Origin: the human T2T-CHM13v2.0 reference genome, Homo sapiens
Direction: 5' to 3' (one strand)
Length of the DNA: 64,000 nt
Assembly (NCBI RefSeq): GCF_009914755.1
Contig: NC_060938.1
Shown: positions 34,001-46,190 of the stretch, piece after piece
Layout: each line of letters starts with the position of its first letter
Numbering within the stretch: the first letter of the stretch is position 1
Position numbers and translations under genes: made by a program
Notes under the pieces: model-generated
Databases searched by the model: none
What the model saw: the letters and a program-made list of their open reading frames with translations, nothing else
Told to the model about the DNA's origin: nothing

Positions 34001-35960
34001 AATAACAAACTTTAAAAATTTTGAAAAGAATAAAATAAGCATAAATGGGGAGAAATTAATTAAAAGGAGACACTAAAAAATATGTCACTGCTCCCACATC
34101 TTCTCTGCACTCCCCCAAGGTACAATATTTTTTACTTCTTCTCACCTTTATTTCCTATGGAATCCAGCCTTAACAATGGAAATTGGAAAAAGCAACTAGA
34201 CACCATGGAGGAAAAAAAAAGAACAAAGAAATACATTAAGGAACTAAAGAAAGGAAGGAGAGAGGGAGGGAGGAAGAAAGGAAGGGAGGAAAAAAGAAAA
34301 ATATAAAAGAAAATCTGAATGTAGAATATAAGTGGACTAACTTCCAGAGATCAGGACCACATGGGCTGAAAACATGTTTAGAACCCGATTTTACAGGAAT
34401 TCTGCACGTATCTAGAAGGGCTTTTGCCAGAAAACCGTTAAGCTTAACTAACATTCTATTGTGAATGTTTTGTGATATAAGGTAATTTTAGTCCTATATT
34501 CAAGGTCAAGAAATGTTTCTTTTTAAAATAGAACGGCACGAATCCTCCTTTGTCAAGCTCATTAACAGAAAATGATATCTTTATACTTTGTCAGTGGATT
34601 TCCAATCAATTATCATCTAATGCAAAAATAATCCCAGGAGGTAAGATTAAGTATTGTTTAAATCATGGAACCAAGACCTATAGTCAGACATGACCTCAAT
34701 AATGCAAATGCGTTTGTGAATAGCTGGGAAGACAAATTCATTTATAACAACAGACGGTGTCAGGAGAAGATTAAAATATATATGCACCACATAGATGAAA
34801 TAATTGTAATCAGGACAGCAGAATTACAACATTTGGAGAATTTCACTGAATAGCTGAATTTCATGTATAACACAATCAAATTTTCTGCCTCATTCACTCT
34901 CACCAGTGTTCGCTTCCTGGATGTTCTGACTAATTTAAACTATGGTTAATTGAAGACTGAAATATTCGGGAAACTATGACAGGAACAATTTGCTATGGAC
35001 AGTTTCCACCTGTACTCTCAAGACTTAGAAGCCATATGGATAGAATGAAATAGGTGAGATAAATCATATTTCACTAAATGTTTGCCACAAAATTAGAGTT
35101 TTTACTTAGGAGAATATAAAGGAAGGGGCTATAAAATACTAAGGTTAAAGCATTTGTTGAAAGATGGTAATATAAATAGATACAAATTTCAGTGTTCACT
35201 GGTAGAAAAGATTTCAAGCAATTTCAAAGTTGTAATCCTTGCATTTATGTGTTATTTTCTTATAAAGGGAATTTGCCTGTTCAACTGCACTTTAAAAACC
35301 AGTCATTCTTTTCATCATGCTAAATTAGAAAATTTTCCAGGAAAACGTCTTAAATGTATTAAAGTTAGAACTATTTTTTTTTTTATAAAACAACTATCCG
35401 TACTTGGACATTTACAGATTCTCAGTTTTCATACATAGACAGATAATTTGAAAACACTGGATACTACAACCTGTACATTTCCCCACTGACCTCTATGTCC
35501 CCATCCCTTTACATTGTAGTTCTGCATTGCTGCCAGGAGACATCAGAACCATTTTTACAATATAAATACACTGGAAGGAAGAGATTCCTGTAGAACATTA
35601 ACAGAAAATGATATCTTTATTAATATGTCTTTGCTATATGTATCTTTGTAACAATGTAATATATCTTTGTAACGGTGATATCTTTGTTAATTCCTACTAC
35701 TTAATGTCAAGTTAATGTCATAGGACACTTAATTTCCCCAGGCAGTGTCATATCTTTGACCAAAAGGGATGAAAATATCAAATGTTAGACCTGGAAGTAA
35801 CCTTGGGGTATCCGGGGGAATAACCTCATTATGCAAATAAAGAGCCGCAGTGGTCCATTGACTACTTCTCACAGCTGACGAGTGAATATTCTCCAGGATC
35901 CCATCATTCTCGGCCCATCTCGCCCATCTCAAGTCATTTTTGCCCTCTCCCCACGTGCAG

Positions 35961-36080
35961 TCAGAAGACTGGAAGTGGAGGTGTGAGCAGTAGATAGAGC
36001 AGTTTATAAGACAATGTTAAGACCATGATGAAAAGACATTAGAGGAAGCAGGAAAAAAGAATATGCGACACTTAGAACAG
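35961..36080 (+). ncRNA. Candidate non-coding exon (120 nt)
   Basis: Acceptor tcattttttgccctctccccacgtgcag and consensus donor CAG|GTAAGT. Stops in all three frames. Confidence 0.4.
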
Positions 36081-36528
36081 GTAAGTGTGCTTGCCCCATC
36101 AAGCCAAGCACAGCTGTCCCTCCCCTAAGGTTAGGACCTGGCTATGTTTGTCCTATGTTCTTTCTACCTCTATGGCCTCTCTGGTGATTTAAAGGCACAT
36201 TCTCTCTCCATCTCTGTCTGTTTCTCTATGAGATTATTTTCACTTTGACCATTGCCCTCATTTATTTACCCCCAGCATAATGACAACAGATTGAGAGTTA
36301 AAAATAAATCCCTTGTTTGCAATCTATAAAAAAAAAAAGCAGTTAAATTTAAGGATGGGTCAAAAAGAGAGATGATATCGCAGGTATTTTTTAAATTAGC
36401 GTTTTAGATATTTTAACCAATCACCTTTCCTTTAACTCAACTGTAGTTTCAGCTAAGGAAGTTAATGAAACAGATAGATGGGTATTTCCTGATCTATTTA
36501 TTTTTCCTTTTTTTTTTTTTTTTTGTAG

Positions 36529-36628
36529 GAATTGGTGGTGTCTTGGAATATCTGCTTCAGGACGATAATGAAACTAATGATTTAGGGCAGTAGAAGAAGC
36601 CGTGGGAGGAACTTTCACATTTGGCGAG
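36529..36628 (+). ncRNA. Candidate non-coding exon (100 nt, GC donor)
   Basis: Very long polypyrimidine tract ending ttttgtag. Donor GAG|GCAAGT. Stops in all three frames. Confidence 0.35.
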
Positions 36629-39143
36629 GCAAGTACAATTTTGTTAGGGCTTTTTGAAACTGCATTTGAAAACTTGCTTAGCGGTTTTGTGATTCATGGT
36701 ATATATCAAATTTTATTGAAAAGCTGTCATTGAACAGGATGAGAAGTTCTCTTTTAAATACAGTCAGAGGCATTATAAAAACTAGCAATTCTAAACTTAC
36801 TGCAAAATAAAAATTACCCGAAAGAACTGTCCTTCTAGAGTGCTTACATGCTTCTCTTATCAGTCAGCCAGGATTAATGATCAGTTCAAAAGTCTTCATA
36901 TTGTTTTGTCCATCCGTCCACCTGTCTGTCCATCCACCCGATGGCTATTGTGTGCAGGATTTCATGCTAAGTAATATGTGAAAGTATTCTAGGCACGCTA
37001 CAGCAACAGCTTGCTCACACGCTTCCTCTGTCTTCAGATAAGTCTTAAGTCCTTGATGACTTTTTAATAAAATACGCTACAGAGAACGTAAGGACGAAAC
37101 ATATTCCTAGCAGAGTGAAATATGTGTAAGTTATTAAATTAAGGCTCAACTACGTCTGAATTTTTAGTGCTATATGTTTTAAATTGTTTTAAGTGAAAAC
37201 ACACTAATAGATTTCCTTTATAAAAAGTTCAAATATTCCAGACAAAGCAAAAATATCCTTTCTAAGCAGGGTGTCTGATATGTGTCCTTCCAGACTGAAA
37301 CATATACATACTCTTGGTTTTTTAATCAATAGACTCACATCATATATGTTGTGCTACATCCAGCTTTTTGCACTTAATATGTCTGGGAGATATTTCCTTT
37401 ATTGTTACAGTTGTCCCAGAAATCTCTCTGTGGTTGCTAGGGAATGTACCTTTATCTTTGGTTTTAACAGTCATATTCATGTGTCAGGCAGAAATAGAAG
37501 GTATGATAATATAGATCTTGCCTAATAGTGAATATCGTGAAACAACTGTGCAGGGATTGCCAATGTTTGGTGGTTTTCTTTCTAAATTTTTGCTCACTTC
37601 TATTAAAGGGTTGAAGCATTAGCAGACAAAACTCTAAATATAGTTGGCCTGCACTGGAAGGTTAAAAGTGCAGTTCTCCTAATAGAGTTCTTATAATCAC
37701 TAAGGAAAACACCATCTGAACTTTATAGCGACCAACAAATCAGGTTAGGACAGGTAATTCAGACACTCTAGCCATGAATTCTAAGGTGGATGATAGAGGC
37801 TATACCATAATCTTTCTCTCTCTGGGATAGAATGACTTTCATGGCTAATTAGTTCTATGGCCGAGAAGGTCAACTTTCTGGATGTTAGAACAAGCACATT
37901 TGTAAAAGAGAAACCATTTTAAACCCAGCAATAGTGAGTGCAAACTTATTTCAGTACTTTTTCTCCTCTTTGCAGATGATTAATCCTATTTCTGTTTCAC
38001 CAACTTATTTTATGATGAAATCTTAATTATTTTCTAATAAATGACTGGGAATGCAGGAAGCTAGCTGGCCCATTTCCTCTGTTAGGTTTTTTTTCCCTTT
38101 CTCTGCACACTGGTGAAAAGACGTTGATGCATAACTTCTAGAGATGCCATGGTTATTTATGTCATTATAAACAGCTTATTCTAACTGGGACCCCACAGCC
38201 ACAAGGAAAAACATACAATTTTATTTACAAAGAAGACTGAACCCATTTTAACTTCTGTATCAAATGCTCTGAGTAGGTTGGCTTCGATAGTCATGTTCAG
38301 TCCTGGGTAGAATGTGGTCTCATTATACAACTTCACCACCAAATCCTAGTTCTCGATGTTATCCAAAGCTGCCTTCTTCCTCAAAGACCTCAGTCCCCTC
38401 CCAAAGCCCAGGGGAGCGTAAACAAATCCCTCTCTCTCAGGGTTACATGAAAAGCCAAGTCATCATCCAACACAATAAAATAAGCTGGTGAAGGAAAGAA
38501 CCAATCAAATCTCTTTGATTCTGGACTTAGGGAAAGCACTTAGGAAACCTCATAGTCTGCCCGTCAGAGGGGAAAAAACGCTCCAATTAAATGGGAACAG
38601 TACTCATTTTAAGCACTCTAAAATGTTAAGATTTAAAAAATACAGTGCTTAACGTTCTGTAGAGCTACAACAAAGAATATGCTAACCTTGGTATTTACAC
38701 ACCAAGCTTCTGCCAAGCCATTTTATAATGTACCTTAGAAAAATTTCATGCTTTCTCACAAAAAGACACCCCCTCCCTCCCCTGCTGTTGGCCTGCACGT
38801 TCCCAGGCATGTGAATTGCAATCCTTTTGAAGTCCAGTGATGCTGGTAGCTTGAAGGGAAAGCTCTTGCCAATAATATTGTTGCTCCTGATGCTCAGAAC
38901 TGTTGCTGCTGAATGGCTTATTTTCTATCTTGATATTTTCTCTATATGACTTTGGCTGAATAGGCCACTTTTTCGTCAAGCTAGTTTCATGTGTGTTGTC
39001 TGTGTTCTAGAAAATGGAATTAACTACCACTTTCTAGTTCCATTTCCATGATCTTTACCTAAACAACACCCTCTCGTTAATAAAACATTATGCCTTTGCA
39101 TTCCATTAAAACCCATTATTGGGAGTTTAAACTATTGATTCTG

Positions 39144-39170
39144 AATATATATATATATATATATATATAT
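39144..39170. repeat. (TA)n microsatellite
   Basis: About 13 AT units. Confidence 0.95.
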
Positions 39171-39392
39171 TCTACTTTTTGTGTGGCTGCAGAAATACTT
39201 TGCTATTACTCTAATTATATGCTGGAGTTAGAATCCTTCCAGCTAGTTAAGGTTGGAAGGATTCTAGTTATGCTGTCTACTGTATTCTTCTTTGTAGCAT
39301 AACTAGAGTACTGTCCACTGGAGTGAAATAATAGAAGCAGAAACTCAGATTTAAAAAGAAAGGAAACAGAGAAAGAAAGGTTTTTAATAAAA

Positions 39393-39692
39393 ATTTACTT
39401 ATTTAGAGATGGGGCCTTGCTCTGTCACCCAGGCTGTAGTGCAGTGGCAGGATCATAGCTCACTGCAGCCTCAAACTCCTGGGCTTAAGTAATCCTCCCA
39501 CCTCAGCCTCCCAAATAGCTGGAACTGCAAGTACCTGACACTATGCCTGGCTAACTTAAAACATTTTTTTGTTTAGAGATGGTGATCTTGCTGTTTTGCC
39601 CAAGTTGGTCTCAAACTCCTGGCCTCAAGCCATCCTTTGTCCTTGGCCTCCTGAGTAGTTTGGATTACAGGGATGAACCACTGTGCCTGGCT
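39393..39692 (-). mobile_element. AluJ
   Basis: gatcatagctcactgcagcctcaaactcctgggcttaag...ccactgtgcctggc. Confidence 0.93.
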
Positions 39693-39744
39693 AGAAAGAT
39701 TTTAAGAATAGCTTAGAACAGCACCAAAAAATGCAATTATTAGA

Positions 39745-39920
39745 ATTTAAAACTTCAGAGTTTAAACAGAGATCTAAGAGACTGTCTAGTTGACCCCTTT
39801 ATTTTACACATTAAGAGAAATTATAGAGACATTAAAAAAAAACTCTCTTAAATCCCATAACTGGGTTAGTACTAGAGGGGACCAAACCTGCTACTTGATT
39901 CAGTCAGAGATCTTCCAAAT
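39745..39920 (-). mobile_element. MIR fragment
   Basis: agagatctaagagactgtctagttgacccctttattttaca...ggttagtactagag. Confidence 0.6.
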
Positions 39921-40579
39921 TTACACATTCAATATGGGAGGCAAAATTTTAAAACTCAGCTGTGGGACAAACATACTGCCTTAAATTTTTTTTTAAATTT
40001 TTAAATCTATGGAAAATGTGTCCTAAATATATAATTGTAATATTAAGAATAGCTCTCAAAGTTCTATTTATGTCGATTACATAAATGATACACTCTAAAA
40101 AACATTTATGAATACGCATTACCATTATTCGTGGTGTCTCAGATCTCTGATGAGTATGGTTGTGTGTGTATCTGTGTAAGTACACAAATACCTTTGAGAG
40201 AGAATGGAGAAAATGGATTCGGGTACAATCAGAATCTCCCAAACTGTCTATTTCTGGCAACCACTTTGACAAGGATAGCTTTTTGAAGTTTAGCAGTGTT
40301 TGCTCTCTTTCTCTAGTTGGTGATTATATATTCAATGGCAATTTAAATGGGAAGTAGGGATGTAGGGCCAGTTAATTTATGTGTTGCAATTCATCTTTCT
40401 ACCTATCAATCTGGTTGTGTTTAGGGGAACAATAAGCAGTACCTCTTTGTCCTCCCAGTTTCTGTACAAAATGAGAAATGAAATAGAAGAGCTAGGAGAG
40501 GAAAAGCAGCTGGTAGAGCTCTATGTCCATGGAAGGAAACAAGGAGTTGGGGAAGAACATTGCCACTTTTCTTACACAT

Positions 40580-40730
40580 ATTGACCTCCTGCTGTGGTCC
40601 AGGCACTATGCAAGGGACAGAAGATACAACAATCCTTGCCTTTTAAGAGCTCAAAGGAAAGCGGATGAATTAGATTTACAATAAATACTTATGGTACTAT
40701 GTATTAAGTGCTGTAATAGAGACATGCAAA
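40580..40730 (-). mobile_element. L2 3' fragment
   Basis: ccaggcactatgcaagggacagaagatacaa...ccttgccttttaagagctc. Confidence 0.6.
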
Positions 40731-41699
40731 AAATCTAGGACCATAAGCTCTAGAACGTTGAACTGTGTCTGCAAATAACCATGTGTGCCCTGGGAAATGG
40801 GCAGTGTTCTTTGAGATGTTCAGCTTTACGTTTGTGTTTTCAAAAGGCTAGACATTTTCTGATGCTGGGAGAGGGTATCATCTATGTTTGTTTCATTTTG
40901 GAAATGTGTACCTATGTTCTTGCTTGCAAATAGAAAGTATTTTTATAATTAAAAATATTTATAAATAAATATTAATAAATATCTTCTGTAGGTTAAGAAT
41001 TTCCCATGTTCGCATTATTTCTTTTTACCTTCTTTCCTGTGAAAGAGAATGAATGAGTTCAAACCGATTTCTCAGTAGCAATAAGGAAAGAATAACCTCA
41101 ATTCAGTATTCTGAACAAGAACTCCAATTAGTTTAACAATTGAATCAACCAGTTCCTTTAAGATTTTCATTTGCTCATTGGCGTTGAAACTAAACATTGG
41201 TTTTGACATTCCTTAAATATACCCTACTCCTACTGTACTATATACCATATTTTTTCACATGTTCTTTATATTACTGTAAGCATGCCAGAGCTCAAAATTA
41301 ATATTTTTAGTATTCTATTCAGCATTGTGGTGCCTGGCATGTTGTGTGTGCCCAGCATATTTTGAAAATAACCTAGAGTTTAATTAATTCACCGGAAAGT
41401 GCCATTTGAATCAGCAACCTGTACCATACTTGAAGTGAGAAGGAGAACTTCCTCTGGGATCCTGGACTCAAAAATTTTTTTAACACCAAGTTGCCCTTTC
41501 CCAGGTTGCCAATGTCTAGTGTGGTCTAGGAAATAAAGGGGCAAGTGACCTATTTGTTGGACTTTTAGACAGTTCCTTCTGAGGATCCTGTGGTTTTGAG
41601 TGTCCCAGACCCTGGGCGGTTGGCACAGCATCAGTATTGCCAGTGTGTGAAGTACTGACTTGAGGCTATGTAGATACATTTGCCTACTAGGTTAGTTTG

Positions 41700-41950
41700 A
41701 AAAAAGCGATTTAACCTTGTATGTAGTTAAAATACCATATATTTCTAACTTAATAGCTTTCTGCTACTGTAATTTTTGTAGTACTTGTATTTTCAACTAC
41801 ATAAATAAATTGGCTGTGATGGGCTATCCTAGGAACTTAACTACCAATTATAATATTGTTTCTGTGGAAATATAGATTTTTGAGTTCTAAACAATAGCCT
41901 GATAAATGAACGTTTGGAACATAATCCTTCTGTAGGTTAAGAATTTCCCA
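41700..41950. mobile_element. Tigger-like (TcMar) DNA transposon relic
   Basis: ttataatattgtttctgtggaaa...gagttctaaacaa...aaatgaacgtttggaacataatcc...gtaggtt resembles old Tigger termini. Confidence 0.5.
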
Positions 41951-44499
41951 TGTTTGCATTTTTATTATTTCTTTTTACCTTCTTTCCTATTATCTCTTTC
42001 CAATGCTGAGGTCTAATGGTGATTGAGTGCGATTATAAACACACTATCTAGCTGCCATTCTTTTGAGGTAGCAGATACTAAAATAGCATGATATAATATA
42101 ATGGGACATGGAGATAATAGCTACACATTTCCTACTTTTCAGCAGTGGCAGAAAAGTAATTGAGGCAATATTTGTGAATACTAGGAAGAAATGTGCTATA
42201 TTGGAATCTGAATGTCATTATTCTCCCATACGCTGTATGAGGAAGAAAAATGTAAACATCATTATTGTTCTTCTCACTCCTTTCATTTGAGACTGAGTGA
42301 GCTTTCAGAGCCCTTTATTCTGAACAATCTAATTGGGCATTTCTCAAATACCTATGGATGGTAGCTTCTATAATCCCATTGCTTTCATGTGTGAAATGTG
42401 TACAGTATTTGTAAATTTAACAAGATAGGGAAAAAATCAGTTTCAACCCCGGGGGAAAATAACTATCAAAGGCAAGCAAGATGCATTCCTCGACAAGAAG
42501 CTTGTAAAAGCAGAAGGTCTGTTTAAGAAACGTTTTGCCACATGAGGAGGCTGGCTAGGTGGTGGGAGGGGATACTTAGAGATCTACTGACCTTCTCCCT
42601 CAATAAGCTCTTGACATAGATGACCATACCCAGGGAATATTAGCAAATGTGGGGTGTATTTAGCATGTTCTGCAAACATGGGTTATTTAACCTTTCCCAT
42701 CTGCCTTGTTCTTTCTCTCCAACTAGAAGCAATAGCAAAGCTCTGGCAAAGGCTGGCAAGGAGAAAAATAAAAGCTGAAACTTCTAATCAAACCTCTAAT
42801 CAGAAAGATGACAACTAGTGAAGATTATTAAATTTTCTTTGCTTCCTTGATGAATTTAATAAAGAACTAATCAAAGATCATTAGAAGGCTTTTGTGCCTG
42901 GCTTGCATTGTAGCTGGATTGCAATCTGAATTTGTGTTTTAGTGGGCTTCCAGGGGTTGGGTTGGACATGTAAATATATTAAAAACTATAGAAGGTTAGA
43001 CAGTTTTTAGAATTTTTAGTTAATGTAAAAGCCCATGAAAATGTATTAGCTATTTATTGTGCTCATCTACTCTGCCAACTAAAAATATAGGATTTTAATT
43101 TTGATCTTTAGTAATTAGAATTTAAAAATTTGTATCAGTGTCTAGCTCAAAAATTTTCTAATGATCTTTGATTAGTTCTTTTCTTAAATTAACAGGAAAA
43201 TAAAAAATGGTATCATTTAATTTCTAGAGCATAAAAATATGTAAATAACTCTAACTACCAGAGCCACTAGAAATTTATAGAAAATTATAGAAATATCTGA
43301 AGAGGTTTCTTATCCTCCCTCCTCAATTCTGAACATTTGCCTAATGTTCCTTGTTTTCAAATGATCTCCCCATAGCCTTCCAACTTTAAGTACTACATTT
43401 TAAATACTGCATTTATAGTGTCTCAAACTATGCATTTTGATTTCCTGATTTATGACCCATGTATCCCATCCATTTCCAGTGCTCAGTTTTTCAAGCCCCA
43501 TTGTCTGGTTGGTCTAATGCAGTCTCCTCCTCACTCTCCCCAAGCACAGATTCCCAGTAACTTAGGATTTCTGTCAATTATTACATTCTCCCATCTCAAA
43601 AAGCCTCCCAGCCCTCTGAATTTATGACATTTGGTTTTGATTTGTTTTAGCTGCAAAATACCTCTGTGATCATAAAGTAATTGGCTCTTGTTAACATAAA
43701 AACTTAAAACTTGCTTTGTTTTTTTTTTAAGTATTGGTTATATACTTAATAAAGTAGTTCTTAGGTTCTCACCTATCTTTTTCTGCCAGAATAGAAAAAA
43801 TTATTCTGGAATTACCAGAACAAAGGCAACAAAAGAAATAGTAGGCCCTTTTATCAGATTCCGCAGATAAACTTTAATTAGTCTTGTGCTATCTATTTAT
43901 AGCAAAATTAGGTATTTAAAGGCAGTAACTCAAATCTGAATACATATTACAGGAAATCTATTTCTGTAGTAGTTCCTACATTTCTTTTTTATGAGTTAAA
44001 ACATTTCATGACTATTTAAAGTATATAGAAGAATTTTAAAAAATGTACAGAGATGGGTAGTGTAAAACTCTACACATATTAGATGAGTCAGACTCTTTCA
44101 CTAAGTACTGGTAGAGGCAATCAACACTGTAACTCTGAATCATAGCCCTCTTTTGGACAAAGGAAAAGTAGCTCGGAGCTCTGAGACTAGACTCTGAGCT
44201 GTTCACATTCAATGCTGAATTAAATGTCAAATTTCCAGACAACCTTGGAAAAGAATGCTTTAATTTAAAAAACTTTTAGCTAACTCTCAGCACCATTCTA
44301 CTTACAAGGGCCAAATATTAAGACAGTTAACTCTTAGGTAGAAGTGACTTGAAATTAAGTCTATAGGAACTTCAGTTCTATAATGATATCTATCTTCAGC
44401 ACAGTCCTGAAGACGTTTGTCTAAAACTGTTCATGTTTCTGATGAAGATGCTGCCTATCTTATTTAACATTCCTGGTGCCCTTTGATCTTGGAGATTTA

Positions 44500-46190
44500 A
44501 ATTTCTCTTTCACCTGAAAGACATCTTTCAGGCAGTGCAGGCAGGCTGGAAACGAATTCTCTCAGCTGTTATTCTTCAGCAAATGTCTTTATTTAACTCT
44601 TGTTTACGGAGGCTCTTTCTGCTGGATATAAAACTGAGATGACAGTTTTTTCTTTCAGTACTTTAAGAAAGTCATTTCATTGTCTTCTGGACTCCATTGT
44701 TTCTGATGAGAAGTAAGTGATCATTCTTGTTTTTGTCCCATTGTATATAAAGTACCTTTTTTTTCTCTTTGGCTGCTTTTAAGATTTTTTTTCTTTATCT
44801 TGGTTTTCAGCAGTTTAGCTCTAACGTGCCTAGGTGCAGATTTCCTTGTATGTGTCCCGTGTGGGTTCGTTGAAATTCTTATATGTGTAAGTCAGTGTTT
44901 CTCTTCAAATGTGGGGAGTTCGGGGCCATGATTTCTTCCAATTATTTTTGCCTCAAATTATTTTCTTCTACTAGGACTCAATTACCTGTAAGCTAGGCTG
45001 CTTGATATTATCTCCTTGAAACTCTGCTTATTTTTCTTCTCTCTACTCTCCAGATTCAGGCATGTCTATTGGTTTGTATCTAAGTTCATTGACTCTCTAT
45101 GTTAAGTCTGATCTGCTGTTAGGCTCAATTTTTATTTCAGTTACTATACTTTTCAGTTCTAGAATGTTCATATAGTTGTATTTGTAGTTTCCATTTATCT
45201 GCTGTTTTCCATTTGATTACTCATTAAGATCATATTTTTGAGTCTTTTAATGTGATTTTTATTTGTATGTCTAGTGATTAAATAGTGAACACTGTGGACA
45301 ACACACTGTAGATAGTCTAGATTCTGTAGTCTTCCTCTAAAAATGGTTGTTTCATATTTGAGGTGGCAGTTCATTTAATGGCTTATTACTTTAACTTGTG
45401 TAGACTTAGTGTTTTGCATTGCTAGTATAGATCTGTGGACAGTCCAAGGTGTTTTCAAGATCTTCTAACCTTTCAGTAGTCACTTTCCAAACTGTGTCTC
45501 CTGTATAAATCTTGTCGGGGTTTGGTTTCAGGCTTTGTTGGGGTGAGTCTAGAGTTGGTCTTTCTCAAGGGGCATATTCCTTAATCCTAATATGTGCACT
45601 TTGTGGTGTCTCAGAGCTGGATGTCAGGAGTTTTAACAAGATGTTAATAAATCTCTCCTCTCTGGCAGGGCCAGAACTCTGACATCTCTGCCACTGCTTT
45701 TCCCCAAGCACTGCTCAACCTCTAGAATCTTGGTTCCACTTTCAACTGCATAGCATCTGACATCTAGTAAAGCTCGGGTCGCCTCACACTGCACATGTAC
45801 AATCCAACTCTCAGTCACTGATTTGCAGGAGATCCCTGCTGGATTCTGGGGTCCTCTCTCTCTACATAGCTCCCTCCATTCAGGCTCCATAGTTTCTACT
45901 TGCTTCAGTTACCCTGAACGCTGATGTCTGCCTCCCCAGCTCAACAGGACTGCCATGCTCTGCTCAGACTCCAGGTCTCTGTACCATGGTCAGGAAATTG
46001 TCTCCAGGCACAGAGCTGAGGCAATCATGTAGCTTACCTCATGCACTTCCCTTCTCTCAAGGAGCACAGCCTTACAGTGCTTGTTATCCACTGCCTGAAA
46101 TCGGATGCTTCACATATTCTGTCCCGTTTTAGAGTAGTTTTGGGCTAGTACAGTATCAGTCATCCCATTATGGTTAGAGATGGAAGTTCA
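44500..46190 (-). mobile_element. Ancient L1M ORF1/5'UTR region
   Basis: gctggatataaaact...tttcattgtcttctggactccattgtttctgatgagaagt...cagcagtttagctctaacgtgcctagg. Confidence 0.8.
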
